From Mobula hypostoma (taxonomy: Eukaryota): a stretch of 64,000 nt of DNA. Position numbers and translations under genes: made by a program. Below the pieces are notes generated by a model. It was not told the origin of the DNA. It saw only the letters and a program-made list of their open reading frames with translations, and ran no database searches. The stretch covers positions 137,270,001-137,334,000 of the forward strand of contig NC_086097.1 of assembly GCF_963921235.1 (NCBI RefSeq). Reading direction: 5' to 3'. Numbering within the stretch: the first letter of the stretch is position 1; each line of letters opens with the position of its first letter. Positions 36,769 to 50,050 of this stretch are shown here, piece by piece.

Positions 36769-39700
36769 ATCCAATTTTCCATCCTTTGCACACTTATATT
36801 TCTGACCAGTCTATCCTGTAGCCCCGCCAAAAGCTTTGCTGAATTCAATGTCGACTACTTCAAATACATTGCCCTCATTGGCCCTCCTTGTTACCTCTTT
36901 AAATAATTCAACCAAATGCATACAACGTCTCCCCAGAAAACATTAACTGGGTATTTTAAATGCTGATCTGGACCACATTTTCTTTATATTATTTGAGGCA
37001 GTTGTTAAGAATTTTGCAAGAATATCTTTTCCTTTGCTGTCTTCGGTGTTTGTTTTTGTTACCTCTCCCAGGAACTTGCGTTGCAAAGGCTCTGTGGTTC
37101 AGGAAGATAATGGGCGATCATGCAGAAACAGAGTTTGACAGGGTAGGCCCTGACAGGCCCTTTCTCCTGAATGCTGAGTCTAGAACAAAAGTATTGTTTC
37201 AGGATAATGAGTTAGAGATTTATGACCAATGAGGAATGATTTCCTTACTCAGAGGGCTAATAATCTTAGAATTCTCCACATTGGACAACTGAACAGTCAA
37301 TTGTTGTAACATACATCAAAGTTGCTGGTGAACGCAATTGTTGTATATACTCAAGACTACGATTGATAGATTTCTGGACTCTGAAGAAAACAGACAAGGA
37401 TAGAGTGGGAAAGAATTCTGTCAAAATTAATTAATTGTGATCGTACTGAACGACAGAGAAATTTCAAGATGCCTCTTGCTTCTATATTGTGATGATGGGG
37501 GTCTAGTTCTCAAAATCCCAGCTATCAAGGTTCCTGGGGCAGACTTAAGACACCAGCAGGTCTCAGCTTTTATTTAGGTTTTATTTCGAGATGCAACACG
37601 GAACAGACTCTTCTGGTCCAACTGGCTGCACAACCCAGCAACACACCTATTTAACCTTAGCCCGATCACAGGACAACTTACAATGACCAATTAACCTACC
37701 AATAGGTACGTCCTTGGAATGTGGGTGGAACCAGAGCACCAGGAGGAAACCCATGCATTCAGGGGGGTGGGTGGGGGGACATATAATCTCCTATAATCAA
37801 GGAGCAGCAATCAACCAAGGTTCACAGCCCAGTGGTAGAGCTCCCAATCCACAGCAAAATAAACCACACAGAGTGTTACAGTTTGCCCCCGGAGTAAAAT
37901 TAGAGCAATGCAAAGAAAAGAAAGGTTAGGAAGGAAGAGGCAATGTATGCATTAAATAATAAACAGGAGAGGTTCTGCAGGGCAGTCAACATTTTGGACT
38001 GAGTGCTGATGAAGGGACTTGGCTCAAAACGGTGACTGTGTATTCCCCTCCAAAGATGTTTTGTGTGACGTTTGCATTAAATATTGTTTGGGTGTCATCG
38101 CAGAGCCCCAGTGTGCTCAGATACAGATTTAAGCCCCTGCCTCTTCAGGCAGTGATCATGGGATTCAAATACGTGGCAGGGTACGCTATTGACAGGCAGA
38201 GACAAAACAAATGAATAAGCAGCTGCTCTTCACAAGTGCTGGCCGGTTTCAGAGCAGCATTGCTAAGGAATAAACATTGGGTTTCTTGCCAATCCATGCA
38301 CTGGGAAAACACGAAAAGGAGAACTAATTTTGTTGGTACTGAGCCTTTAGCCAGTGAAGCTTATCCCTGGGAATCCTTTTACTCTGCCATTTCATCAAGC
38401 TTTCAGTTTTACAGGACGTTATTTTAATAATAACTTCATTGCACAGAAAAAAACTTGTTAATATCTGGTCTACTAGTAAACCTGTCAATCCAATTACCAC
38501 CTCCACTTCAACAGGAACACGATAAAGATTAGAAAACAATCTCATCATATATTTGACATAATAACAACTGAAAACATGCTCTCTAGTCCATGTCTTCTGC
38601 TGTGATTTAACGTGATTGCATAATAGAACGTTGGGTTGTCGGCCCTTTGTTACTTCTTATATCGAGGTTTTGCAATTGTAAAAGACAGGTCACTGTCTTT
38701 TCGTGGATGAGAGATCAACGTTGTCCACTTCCCAGGGAGGAGTGGTAGTCAGCAAATAATGAATACTGAACAGAGTGAGCATCTCACCTGAGTGCCATTG
38801 GACCTGGAACTATTGTTTTAGTTCATTGACCAATCCTGCATTGTTATGGAAATTCTGACAGGCAATCCCTTCATGTCTGCCATCTCCAAAGGAAAGACAG
38901 ATACTTCCCAACAGAAAGCTGAATAGCAAACATAGTTTCATCGCTGAGAATCAACATGGTGAGATGTTCATCTGTTCCTTCAGTTGTTCATTGTACTGGA
39001 CCTCACCATACTTGTGCACGTGGCAATGAACTCAATTTGACTGCCACTGAAGTTCCTGTAGACATCTTCAAAAAACAGCTGCATTGAATCTACAGAAAGT
39101 TATTTACCCCAGTTGCCTCGTTTCTTTGTCTTTGTTTCACACAAGTCTCAAGATCCACTTCCAAGAAACGCCACTTTTAGAATTATGCCCTTGGCAATGA
39201 TGAGACAGATAAACTGCATCAAATGAACATCTGTCTTGTCAAACTTCCAGTGTTTGCTGTAGCACCTAATTAGATCAAAACCGCATTCCATCAACCACCA
39301 AGTTACAGCTGAATGTGTACAGATGATCAACCAAGCAAGAGCAGTCAGCAGTCAGGAACTGACACTCGACAGAAAGCCTCCTAATTAAAAGGGAAATCAC
39401 TTAAGATAATTTTTGCAATCAAATTTATTGGTCGGCGTTCTCAAAAGAGAGTGGAAATTTGACAATTCAGTATCCATGATTTTACAAAGCAGCAGTAATT
39501 CAAATGTCAGGTATTCACTCCGTGATAAATTGTCTAGCAAACCTGTCAGGAATGTATTGCCTGGTTTTAATGGATTACAATTCCCACAATCCATTCAATG
39601 CTGCCCCTTTCTATTTTTATTGTTTCTTGGAGAAGGAAAATGCAGTTGATTGTTTGAATTGTCTCACACCCAACTTTCTGTCCTACGTAAACTTGAGCTC

Positions 39701-40777
39701 CTCCATTTCATTATTATTCGAATAAATCCTATTTGTAACATTCAGTGAGGCTCCCAGTATGACAGCACTTTGATTTTAAGATTCCCTTCTTTGTTTTAAA
39801 ATCCCTGATCTTGCTCTTCATATTTCTGAAATCTTTCCCATGCCTACAACCTTGCAAGGCACTTGCTTCAGTTTTAACCTTCTGCATAAACCCCATTTTA
39901 ATCAATCCACCATCACCTGTTATAGCCCCTAACTTCTGGAACTCCCTTCCTAAAATTATTCTCTTTTCTCTCCTCCTCTAAACTACTTTGTAAACCTGTT
40001 TTATCTCTTACAGAGCTCATTGGTTTATTTCATCTGGTAATGCTCTGGTACAGCATCTTAGGCTGTTATTGCCATTAAAGGTCCTTGTTGAAGTGGATTC
40101 CACTGCGTTGCTTGTGAGTGTACAGGTGTTGGAGTCGAAGGTGTAGAACTTCCATTGAGAAACAGCAATCAGGACTGTGATCTGAACCTCTAATTACTGT
40201 ATGTCCAAGCCAAAGAAATGAGGGCAAGTAACCAGACTGATAGCTTTAGGATTGCTGCACCGTCAGAGGTGACATCTTTCAATTGGGACGTAAAACTAAA
40301 GTTTCAAAGTTTCTCAGGTGAACATTGGTGACTGCTCAACGTTATTGCATCATCCTGACCCATAATTACCCCTCTATGATCTTATAAAAACAGATTATCT
40401 GGTCATTATCTCATAGAGGGAGTTTGTTTCCAACATCCAGTAGTGATTACACAGTATTTAAGCAATTGTAAGATGCAGAGTTTAGGGTAAGTGCTATAGA
40501 AATACAACTCCTTGCTTCCACGTAAATCCCTCCCCCCCCCCCACCACCCTCTGTCAATTACCCATCACCTTTCTTGGTGGGTTTGACTGGGGAGAAATCC
40601 TTCTTTTCAAAGGACCATCCTTCAGTTGCCCTCCTGGACAGGGCTCCCAGCATTGGCTTTCAAATTATGGCCTCACCTTGACTCCACCAAACAGTGGTAA
40701 GGTACATGGTTATTGCAATGATGCAGAACAATGCCAAACCTGCCCTTAGTGCTTATGCTTCCACAACCTGCAGTCTT

Positions 40778-41021
40778 GCCGGCTGGTGGCGTAATGGCAT
40801 CAGCGCTGGACTTCGGGGAGGGAGGTCCCGAATTCGAATCCGGCCGGCTCCCTTGCATGCTCTCCATCCGTGCCTGGGTTGAGGGTCGTGCTAACAACTC
40901 AACCTCGTAAAAAAACCTGGAGAGGGATGTCAGTTTTCAGATCCCCAAGACATGCCGTACGATGAGCATACCAAAAGCTTGTCATGACGGTGCCCCAAAA
41001 ACTCCACTAGTGCGCGCGCGT

Positions 41022-41080
<59 letters not shown>
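40778..41080 (+). mobile_element. tRNA-headed SINE ending in (CA)n
   Basis: GCCGGC..TGGCGTAATGG (A box)...ATTCGAATCC (B box)..GCCGGC cloverleaf-like head, RTE-like body, and (CA)n tract at 41023-41080. Confidence 0.65.
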
Positions 41081-41081
<1 letters not shown>

Positions 41082-41189
41082 CCTGCAGTCTCCTCTACCC
41101 TTGTAAAACATAAACAATTAAAAACCATGAAAGGAATACCTGGGCTGATGGAAAAGTAAACATATCTCCTTGCTGTATTGGCAGATTAA

Positions 41190-41351
<162 letters not shown>

Positions 41352-42378
41352 TAAGTATGCCCTCAGTTTCATGCATCCAAGGCATTTTGCTGTTTCCCAA
41401 GGGTTACATATTTTTTACAGTTCCATTTAGTCTGTTAGTGACTAAGCAATAGTGACCAAACACAAAAAGGCATGACCTGGAATTCCACTGCATGTGAATG
41501 GGTGTGTTAGGTGGGCAAAGCAGTCCAAGACAATGAACCATTTGCGGTACGAATCAGAGTTTGATGATGTGTCACCTACTACAGAGTCCTGAGGCCAGCT
41601 TCAGTGGGAGCTGGGGGATACAAATGTCAGGACATCCTAATCACCCTATGCTACGGCCGGGGTTGGGTGGGGGTGGGGGAACGGTGGGAGGAGGATGAGA
41701 CGAGACAATAGGGCATTCCAGCCCCACGGTACTGGGTTTGGGCTGGATCATGTCAGGTATGGCTTGAAGCAACACAAATGATCATTAACATTATTGTAAA
41801 AGTAAATTTCCATTCATGTAATTCTGAAAAAAACTTTATGCAATTAACTTCCTGGGCAGTGGGAATTGACCACACAAAAATATAAATGCTGTAGAGTTAT
41901 AAATAATTAAGAACAGTTACTGCAATATAATCTTGTTTCTTACCATTTAAACCCAGCCACAACTCAGCAAGTTTGTTTCTATAGCATATTACTAAGCTGT
42001 CATTAAACCTCCAACCTGTGTCACTGGGATTTAGGCCATCTTCCCTTCCTCCTGATTCTTGACCCCTCTGTCTGGACAGCCTTTGATGTGCCTGAACACA
42101 GAAGGGTGTGGACAAGTGCTGGTAAATGCAACTAGTGTGGTTGAATACTTGTTGACTGGCATGAACAAGTGGGCCATAGCACCTGCTTCTGTGCCACATG
42201 ACACAATAATGCTCCAGTAATTTTGAGAACCAAAGTAGGTGCTCAATGGGATGTACGTGCATGAATTTTGCTGTTCAGAGACTGAAGGGCCAAAGGGCCT
42301 ATTCATGCGCTGCATAATACTATGACTTCTGTTCCTATGTTCCAGTCTAAACAGGCAACAAGGAGCCTTAAATTCATA

Positions 42379-42575
42379 CTTTACTTTACTTTATTGTCCC
42401 CAAACAATTGATACTAGAGCGTACAATCATCACAGTGATATTTGATTCTGCGCTTTGCGCTCCCTGGATTACAAATCAATAGTAAATATTAAAAATTTAA
42501 ATTATAAATCATAAATAGAAAATAGAAAAGGGGAAGTAAGGTAATGCAAAAAAAAAACCGAGAGGCAGGCGCAGG
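42379..42575 (-). repeat. LINE 3'-UTR fragment; second near-identical copy at 57748-57925
   Basis: actttattgtc.ccaaac.attgatac.agagcgtacaatcatcacag.gatatttgattctgcgct... is shared; (AAAGT)n-type tail. Confidence 0.75.
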
Positions 42576-43759
42576 TATTTGAATTGATTCCCATCTTTCT
42601 GCATTATCTCGCCATCCATTCCTTTTTGCAGTAAATTTTTTGTACATTCCCTTTATTCCTGTGTAATCACTCACTGCCATTTTAAAATTCACTGATGTGC
42701 GATACTCGACAAATTATGCACTCCGATGAGAATGCAGTGCACAGTACATTTGCATTTTGCAATGCGCACCTATGCATTCCTGTGTTAATGCGGTAAGCAG
42801 TGCTGACCAGACGCAGTGTTCGACATGGTGTGGAGCCCTGCAGTTAATCTGTCAATTGCACTGCTGAGCGTGCTGATGCGACGCAGCACGTATGGAGGCC
42901 GATATGCAGCTGGAACTGCAGAGGTTTAGTATTCAGTAGGATTTTATTGGTTTATGTAACTCCATCACACAGCTGGTTTGTTTATTGCGGGCTGAGGTTG
43001 CTGGGCAGCTTGGAAAGACATTTTTGGGATACTGAGGTAAGAAGAAGCAGATTCATTTGCCCATGTTCCTGGATGAACTTGACTAAATATACTCTGATGT
43101 ATAAAACCAGCCATTCAAACTGGTTCATGCTAGGATTCCACCAGCAGCAGCAGAGTCGTTTAAACAGATCTTCTTTCAGTACGATGAGCTTTCTACCCAA
43201 ACTGGCTTGAATTCACTCAGACTTTTACCTGAGCCATCTACAACTGACAAAACTAGGGAAGCAAACGCATTCGAATAACTTTAACTCATGCACCAGGTTC
43301 TTCCCACACTGCTGTCTAACACCATTCTGCGGGTGCCTTTGTCACATCTCCTGTGGTAATACTCGACAATCAGCCGAGGCAATCAGAGCTCATTACTATG
43401 AACATCCATAGTCTCCCCATGCTCATTTAAACATATTACCCGAGTTACCCCATTCTACCATTGGCTGAGGTACACTGCTGTCTCAGCAAGACCCTCAGTA
43501 ATGAAATCTCTGTCACAGTGTGGAGTTCTGATACTCACCCACTAGTTCATGACTAAATGTTCCCCGTTTAGGGCTGATACATTCAGGTATATATACTTTA
43601 TCAAATTGACAAGTAATGAAAATTGGGAAATGTCCATGAAGTTTATTTTTATATAACATAGTACAGTATAGTCTATGCTCCAAATATGCTCCTCTTCTGT
43701 GGACAAGCCAATTCTGGATCTACACAGCCAAGTTTCCATGGCTCCCATGCCTCATGACG

Positions 43760-44290
43760 CCTGAGATGAGTCTACCAATGGGGAACCCTGTCAAATGCCT
43801 AACTAAAATCCATATACACCACATCCACCACATAAACCATCATCAATTTGTTTTGACACCTCCTTGAAAAACTCAGTCAGGCTCATGAGGCACGGCCTGC
43901 TTCTCACAAAGCCATGCTGACTAACCCTAGCAAGACTATGCTTTTCAAACGGCTTGTAAATCCCGTCTCTAAGAATACTGTTCATTGCTTTGCCCACCAC
44001 TGAAGTAAGAATCACTGATCTATAATTCCCAAGACTATCCCCTTTAGCTTTCTTGAACAACAGAGCAACATTTGCTATCATCCAATCATCTGCTGGCCAG
44101 TGAGGACATGAAGATCACTGTCAGCACCCTAGCAATTTCTTCCCTCACTTCCTGTTGTAACCAGTGCTATATCCTCTCAAGCCCTGGGGCCTTACCTTTA
44201 CAAATGTTTTTCTGAAGCTCCAGCAATGCCCTTTCTTAACCTCAACATGCTCTAGCACATTAGCCTGTAATACGCTGACCTCACATTCAC
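43760..44290 (-). mobile_element. CR1 LINE RT fragment
   Basis: ORF 43803-44081 (GNYRSVILTSVVGK...QHGFVRSRPCL). Confidence 0.85.
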
Positions 44291-44669
44291 AAGTGTTTTT
44301 TTCCTCAATCCTTTATAAAAACTTGTAGTATTTTTATTTTTGTCTCTTTCATACTTTTCTTTCTACTTATCAGCCGTATCCTTCCCTTTACTTCTGTTTC
44401 TGTGCTATGAGGATACTTCAGTCTGATTGGCTGTGGAGCTCTATACAGATCCCAGATCCTTAGAGCGTGCGGTATGCTAAAATAACATTCTAATCATTGC
44501 CAGCTGCAGCAGCAAATGGGTGGGAAGTTGTCAGCACAATGAACAGTGAGTTCCATTCCTTTGGTTTCCATCACAAAAACTCAGCTATGAACTGAGGAGG
44601 GGAAGGTGAAAGATCATGTACAACATAAACACTGGTGAGGGCCACAGGAGTCAAGGGGCCTGTTTCCAT

Positions 44670-44821
44670 CACAAACCAGAGAAAATCTGCAGATGCTGCA
44701 AGTCGAAGCAACACACACAAAATGCTGGAGGAACTCAGCACGATGAAGGGTCTTGGCCCAAATCGTCAACTGTACTCTTTTCCATAGATGTTGCCTGACC
44801 TGCTGAGTTCCTCCAGCATTA
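44670..44821. mobile_element. Very short Penelope-like insertion with inverted ends
   Basis: 13-bp TSD ggcctgtttccat (44657-44669, 44822-44834). Perfect 20-bp inverted repeat at 44721-44740 / 44801-44820. Degenerate hammerhead remnant gatgaagggtcttggcccaaatcgtcaac. Confidence 0.7.
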
Positions 44822-45986
44822 GGCCTGTTTCCATGTCCCAGATTCAATCTTATATAAAATCAAATGCTTGAAGTGGCTGTTAAAGTTGTACTCTTGTGGT
44901 TTTGTTTTGAACTACTGTCTTAAACAGAATAGTCTAATGACTTTTATCCTCCAGAGCAGTGTCAAAAATACTTGGAAGATACTTGAGCAAACGGCTCTCA
45001 GCTTATTCAAGGAAGACATTTGTTGCAGCATTTTAAAGGCAGAAAGAGAGGCAAAGATGTTTAGGGAAAGAATTCTAGAGCATAGGACCAGGATAACAGA
45101 CAGAGTAAAGGAAATATGGTAGAATTTGAGAAGCAAAATGCTCTTTAAGTATTATGGAAGTGGGAATAATTTCAATGATACGTCACATTGGGAAATTAAA
45201 AAAGAAAGATGAAGAACTTTCAATGCATTGCCAGGAAAGGAACCAGTTAGGTAAAAATAATTTGGAGTAAATTTGGATATAGGCATAAGTGTTTAGGAAT
45301 GAGATGAGGTTTGAGATTTAGAGATTAATGAGGTCAGCTTGTCACTGAACACCCCAACAGACTTCTATATATGTGTTGATAAAGGTCTCTTGACTAGTTG
45401 GATCATGGTGTGATTCAGCAATTCAAATAGTCAGGAGTGTAGGAAGCAGCAGAAAGCAATAGACTCTGTCCAATACAACATGGGCATTCCACCATTGGTA
45501 GTAGGTATCCACAAGAGGCCCTGCCACAAGAAGGCAACATGCATCGGCAAAGATTCCTCTCCCCCACCCCTGGGCCATGCCTCCTGTTTGTAACAACCAT
45601 CAGGTGGGAGGCCTGAAGTTCCATACCACCAGATTCAAGAACAACTATTTCCCTTCAACCATTTTGGGCTTTGAACCAACCGCACAACCATAGACAATAT
45701 AGGAACACTATGTCCACTTTACACTATAACAGACATTTCATTGCTTTAATTGTACTATTTCTTGTAAAAATTGTCATCAATTTACCCTCAAGTTTTTCTT
45801 GGGAATGCTGCTTATTTGATGCCATGGGCCTGCGATGCTGCTACAAGTAAATACTCATTGCACCTGTGCATATTTGTACTTGTTCATATGACAATAAAGT
45901 CGACTTTGACCTTGAAGTTTATGGAGAAAGTTGATCTAAGGCAGTTTTCACCCTTCCTTTAATTCTGACATTCCTTCCTTCTGTAG

Positions 45987-46188
45987 GTTTCCTGCACGTG
46001 TGGTCAAACTCTTACGGTCTGGATGCTTACGGAGCAGATTGTTGAGATCGCTGAGTACGGACAGGGAGTTCTGGGACAGCCACAACGGGGTCAAAGGACT
46101 GAAAAAGTTGGTTCAGGTCATAGAAAAAAGGGCTCAGCTACTGCTCAACTACATTCAGGAGAAAGACATCAAATTAGTTCATGACTAA
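45987..46188 (+). CDS. GASK1A: GASK1A last coding exon: (E)FPARVVKLLRSGCLRSRLLRSLSTDREFWDSHNGVKGLKKLVQVIEKRAQLLLNYIQEKDIKLVHD*
   Basis: ttccttccttctgtag|G TTT CCT; phase 2 matches the previous exon. TAA at 46186-46188. Matches the FAM198A C-terminus (FP..VK.L.SGCL...LL.SL..D..FW). Confidence 0.92.
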
Positions 46189-47506
46189 TGAAAGACAATG
46201 TGTCTGTAATGATGCATTGCTCCAGTTTGAAAACTGGAGCTGGGAAGTTAAACTTAGGAATTAGTTGATTAATTCTTATTTTCCACACGTGATGGGATTC
46301 CTGCTATGAATAGAGTCAAATTCGCCATCCCAGGCTTGCTGAAAATTTGCCTCAATGCACATGACTGCACTGACTGCTCACCAAGTTTTCTCCAAGGCAT
46401 GCGGCAGGAAAAGACATTTCCCTCGCAGAGCTAAGTACTGCAGATGCTGGAAATCTGGTGTGAAAACAGAGAATGTATAAATGTTCAGCCGTTCTGAGAG
46501 GACGTTCACTCCGCTGCTTTTGTTTAACCCCGCTCACCTTCGCCCAGCTCTCCATTGTTTGGGCTTGGCAGCTGAGTCTTCATCTCAAGTAGGGATGGAG
46601 GTTTGGGTCAGGGCGAAAGGCAGTAAAAGCAAACAGGCTGAGCCAGTCAAAGATTGTAATTAAAATTTGCTGTTGATTTTGAAATTTCTGCGAACTACAT
46701 TAAACTAATTGCTCTGTGAATGATTTCCAGATAGGAATTAAAAATTTACAGTGGCATCTCCTGCAACACAAACCCCCTGTGCTTCAACATCAAGCTTCCA
46801 AAACTGCCCAGTCATTCACTGGTTGCGTTTGGTGTGGGGATTCATAGGTGATGCACCAAGGATATTGTAGCAGGCAAAAGAAAAAACAAGCTGCTGAATG
46901 AATGCAGTGGGTCAGGCAACATCTGTGGAAGGATATGGACAGGAGACGGGTGTTATATTTGTTCTTAATAAAGACAAACAGTGTGGGTTATAACTGACAC
47001 ATTTATTTACAGGGTACTCCAGTCATGGCTTCAGCTCGACACGAGTGCGTGCAATCAGCTCACTGGCATTACTTCAGGTTCGGGGTCAACCGCTCCCATT
47101 GCACACTGGGAACTGAAGTTCTTTATTACGTACACACACAATGACACAAGCAGTTTGCTGGGAGGTAATACTGGAGACAACAAAATGCTGCCAAATGATG
47201 GAATCTGATTGGAAAGGAAGGTGAACCATGGAACCTGTTAACCATCTAACCTTTCAGTCAGATGAAGTGCCTTGGCCCAAAATATTAACTGTTTTGTTTT
47301 AGATACATCCTGAGCACAGCTCGGTCCACCTAATTTCATATTATTTTGATATATTAGAGGTGTAAGCATACCTGACTGCCTGGTTTAGGTGCACAATCTG
47401 CCTTACATAAAGCTTCAAAGCCTCCTGCCTTATGCTGTAAAGTAATCCTGTAAATTAGGCTGAGCAGATGCTGAGTGGGGAAGGGGAAACAGTGGAGGGT
47501 GCGGGG

Positions 47507-47887
47507 TGTAACACTGAATCAGGATCGCGGGTCTGGCAATCGAGACAGAAAACACTGACTGCGAATACTGTAAGTATATCAATCATTTATTTACAAACAG
47601 TAGAAATTCAACCAAACATTCATGTTTCCCAAGTTACAGACACTACAGAGCTGAATATTCAACAAACATAGTTAAAAGCACATGCAGGGCATACCTTCCC
47701 AAAGGTTATGTTCGGCATGCCTTAGACAAAGGAGAAGAGCAAGCCCCTTCCTCCTGCTACTTTATACCTGGGACATTTGAAACTGGACACCAGGAGGCCA
47801 ACCAATGGGAAAAGCAGCTGCAGTTTCTAAACTAACCAATCACAATGTAAGCAGCTTTTGACGAGCAGAATAAGCCACACCCCCACA
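47507..47887 (-). mobile_element. Probable solo LTR
   Basis: TG...CA ends (tgtaac / cccaca). On the minus strand two CCAAT-type boxes, then TATAAA (~47760-47765), then AATAAA (~47588-47593), in LTR order. No convincing TSD. Confidence 0.5.
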
Positions 47888-49133
47888 GGACACTGGGGTT
47901 GGTAGGAAAGCCCCCCTGCTTCAACACCGAGGCTGCTGTCATCTTGCAACACCAGAAGGACTGAATCTGGTTGCCCCTAAAATGTCAGTTACATCAATAC
48001 TGTACCAACAGCACCTCTTGGGGATTACCTGCCATGCTACAGAAGAAAACTAATGCAGATGTTGCAAAACTTAAGTAAAAACTGAAAAAGAAAGAAAATA
48101 ATGCAAAGAAATAATAAACACTGAGGTAAAAACCAAAAATCCTGGAAAGATTCAGCAGCATCAGGTAGGATCTGTGGAGAGAGAAACAGAATTAATGTTT
48201 CAAACTAATAGCTTATCATCAGAAATGGGGACTGTTTTACGAATTTTAGGACTTTTGACAGGAAAAGCTGGCAGAAGGTCGGCAGGGCAGTTTGAGGGTG
48301 CATCTCCCAGTTTTGCTGTCTGTGGACAATCCCTCTATGACATTTAAGGCTTTGGGCATGTTGGGAGCTATGTGGCCTCAAAGGATAAGTGTGACTACTG
48401 AACCAACACGCAGACCATACTTACATCATGGGTTGTCTTTGAGCATGATTAGTGCCATTGTAAACACACAGAACAGCATTATACCTTCCAAATGGGCACG
48501 TTAAAGTTTTCCAGACTCAACGCTGAATTCTGTCATTTCTAAAGCATTTCTATCTCAAATTTCCAGCACTTAAATGTCTCCTCATCAGAGACACTACCTC
48601 ATAATTTTTTTTCTTTCCTTTTTTTGCACTATTTTTTTTATATCTACTTATTGTAATTTATAGTTTTTATTATTATGTATATTGCAATGTAATGCTGCCG
48701 CAAAACAAGAAATTTCACGGCATGTGCCAGTGATTCTCATTCCCTATCCCCTGAAGTGCAGGGAATTGAATAGCAACAAAGATCCTATAGTGAAGGGACA
48801 TTCACAGGTGAGGAAAAAGGATCTTTGCAGATCTTTTAAAGTCTGTTGTCGGTGTGGTCTCATTCCCTTTCCATCTCACAGTCAAGTGCGAGTGTGAAAA
48901 TGGATTGCATGCAAGGGAACCGACCACCTCATTTTGTTGTTCATCACATCGGGAACACCGTTACTTTCAACCCATAATGCAAGGGAAACACAGGTCCACA
49001 GGACACAAGGTCAAGGGAAGACATTATTCTGTCAGCCCATTTGAGACTGTGGGGCCAGCGGCTGATGTTTCCTTCAGGTTTTATTTGTCAGAGTGTTTTA
49101 AATATAAATCGTAAATAGATTTTGAAGGGCTTT

Positions 49134-49138
<5 letters not shown>

Positions 49139-49204
<66 letters not shown>
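49139..49204. repeat. (CT)n microsatellite
   Basis: Direct observation. Confidence 0.95.
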
Positions 49205-49207
<3 letters not shown>

Positions 49208-49262
49208 CCTCCCCCTCTGTTTTGGTTCTTTATCTACTGTATATGTGGCCATAGTTTCACTT

Positions 49263-50050
49263 CATCATCATCATCATCAGGTGCCATGCCCAGTTTGAGC
49301 TTTGACTGCCATGGCCCACACACTCCTGTTTCGGGTCAAGTGGATCAATTCATTGGTATTCATTTCCAATTCTCTGGCTGCTGTCTCCATCATCATTTGT
49401 CTGTGTCTTCCTCTTGCTTTCTTCCCTTCAATCGTTCCCATAATTACAGTGCATTCTAACTCCTCTTTCCTAATCACATGTCCAATGAAGTCACGTTGCC
49501 TTTTCATGATCTCATACATTATTTCTCTTTTCGTGCTTGCTCTGTTCATGACATCCTAGTTAGATATTCATTTTGTCCATGATATTCTTCGCATCCGCCT
49601 CAAAGACCACATCTCTGCTGCTTCAATTCATTTCCTCACGTTACTAGATATTGTCCAACATTCTGAGCCATATAATATAACTGGATATACGTAACATTTC
49701 AGTACTCTGAGGTGGGTTGTCATGCCTAGTTTAGTATTGGTCAGTATACTCTTCATTCTCGTAAAGGTGTCTTTTGCCATCCCTATTCTTCTTTTGATGT
49801 CCATGTCGCACCTGCCATCTGATGTCACCCAGCTTCCTAAGTAGCAAAAGTTCTGTACTTGTTTTATGTCTTCCCCGTTTATTCTCAGCCTGCTTTTTGG
49901 ATATCACCACACATTCTGTCTTTTTGCAACTGATAGATCGATTCATTTTTGCACTTTCTTCAACAACTATATCAATTAAGTATTGTAGCTCTTCCTCCGT
50001 ACTTGCAATTAACACAGTGTCATCCGCATATCTAAAACTATTGATGTTTC
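49263..50050 (-). mobile_element. RTE-clade LINE 3' fragment
   Basis: Minus-strand RYADDTVLIA, DIKRRIGMAK..F, LYGSECWT, GTIEGKKARGR; (ATG)n/(CAT)n tail at 49263-49278. Confidence 0.9.

Noticed and set aside
40778..40850. Possible tRNA gene
   Set aside because: The cloverleaf is imperfect and continues into a SINE body and (CA)n tail; it is a SINE head.
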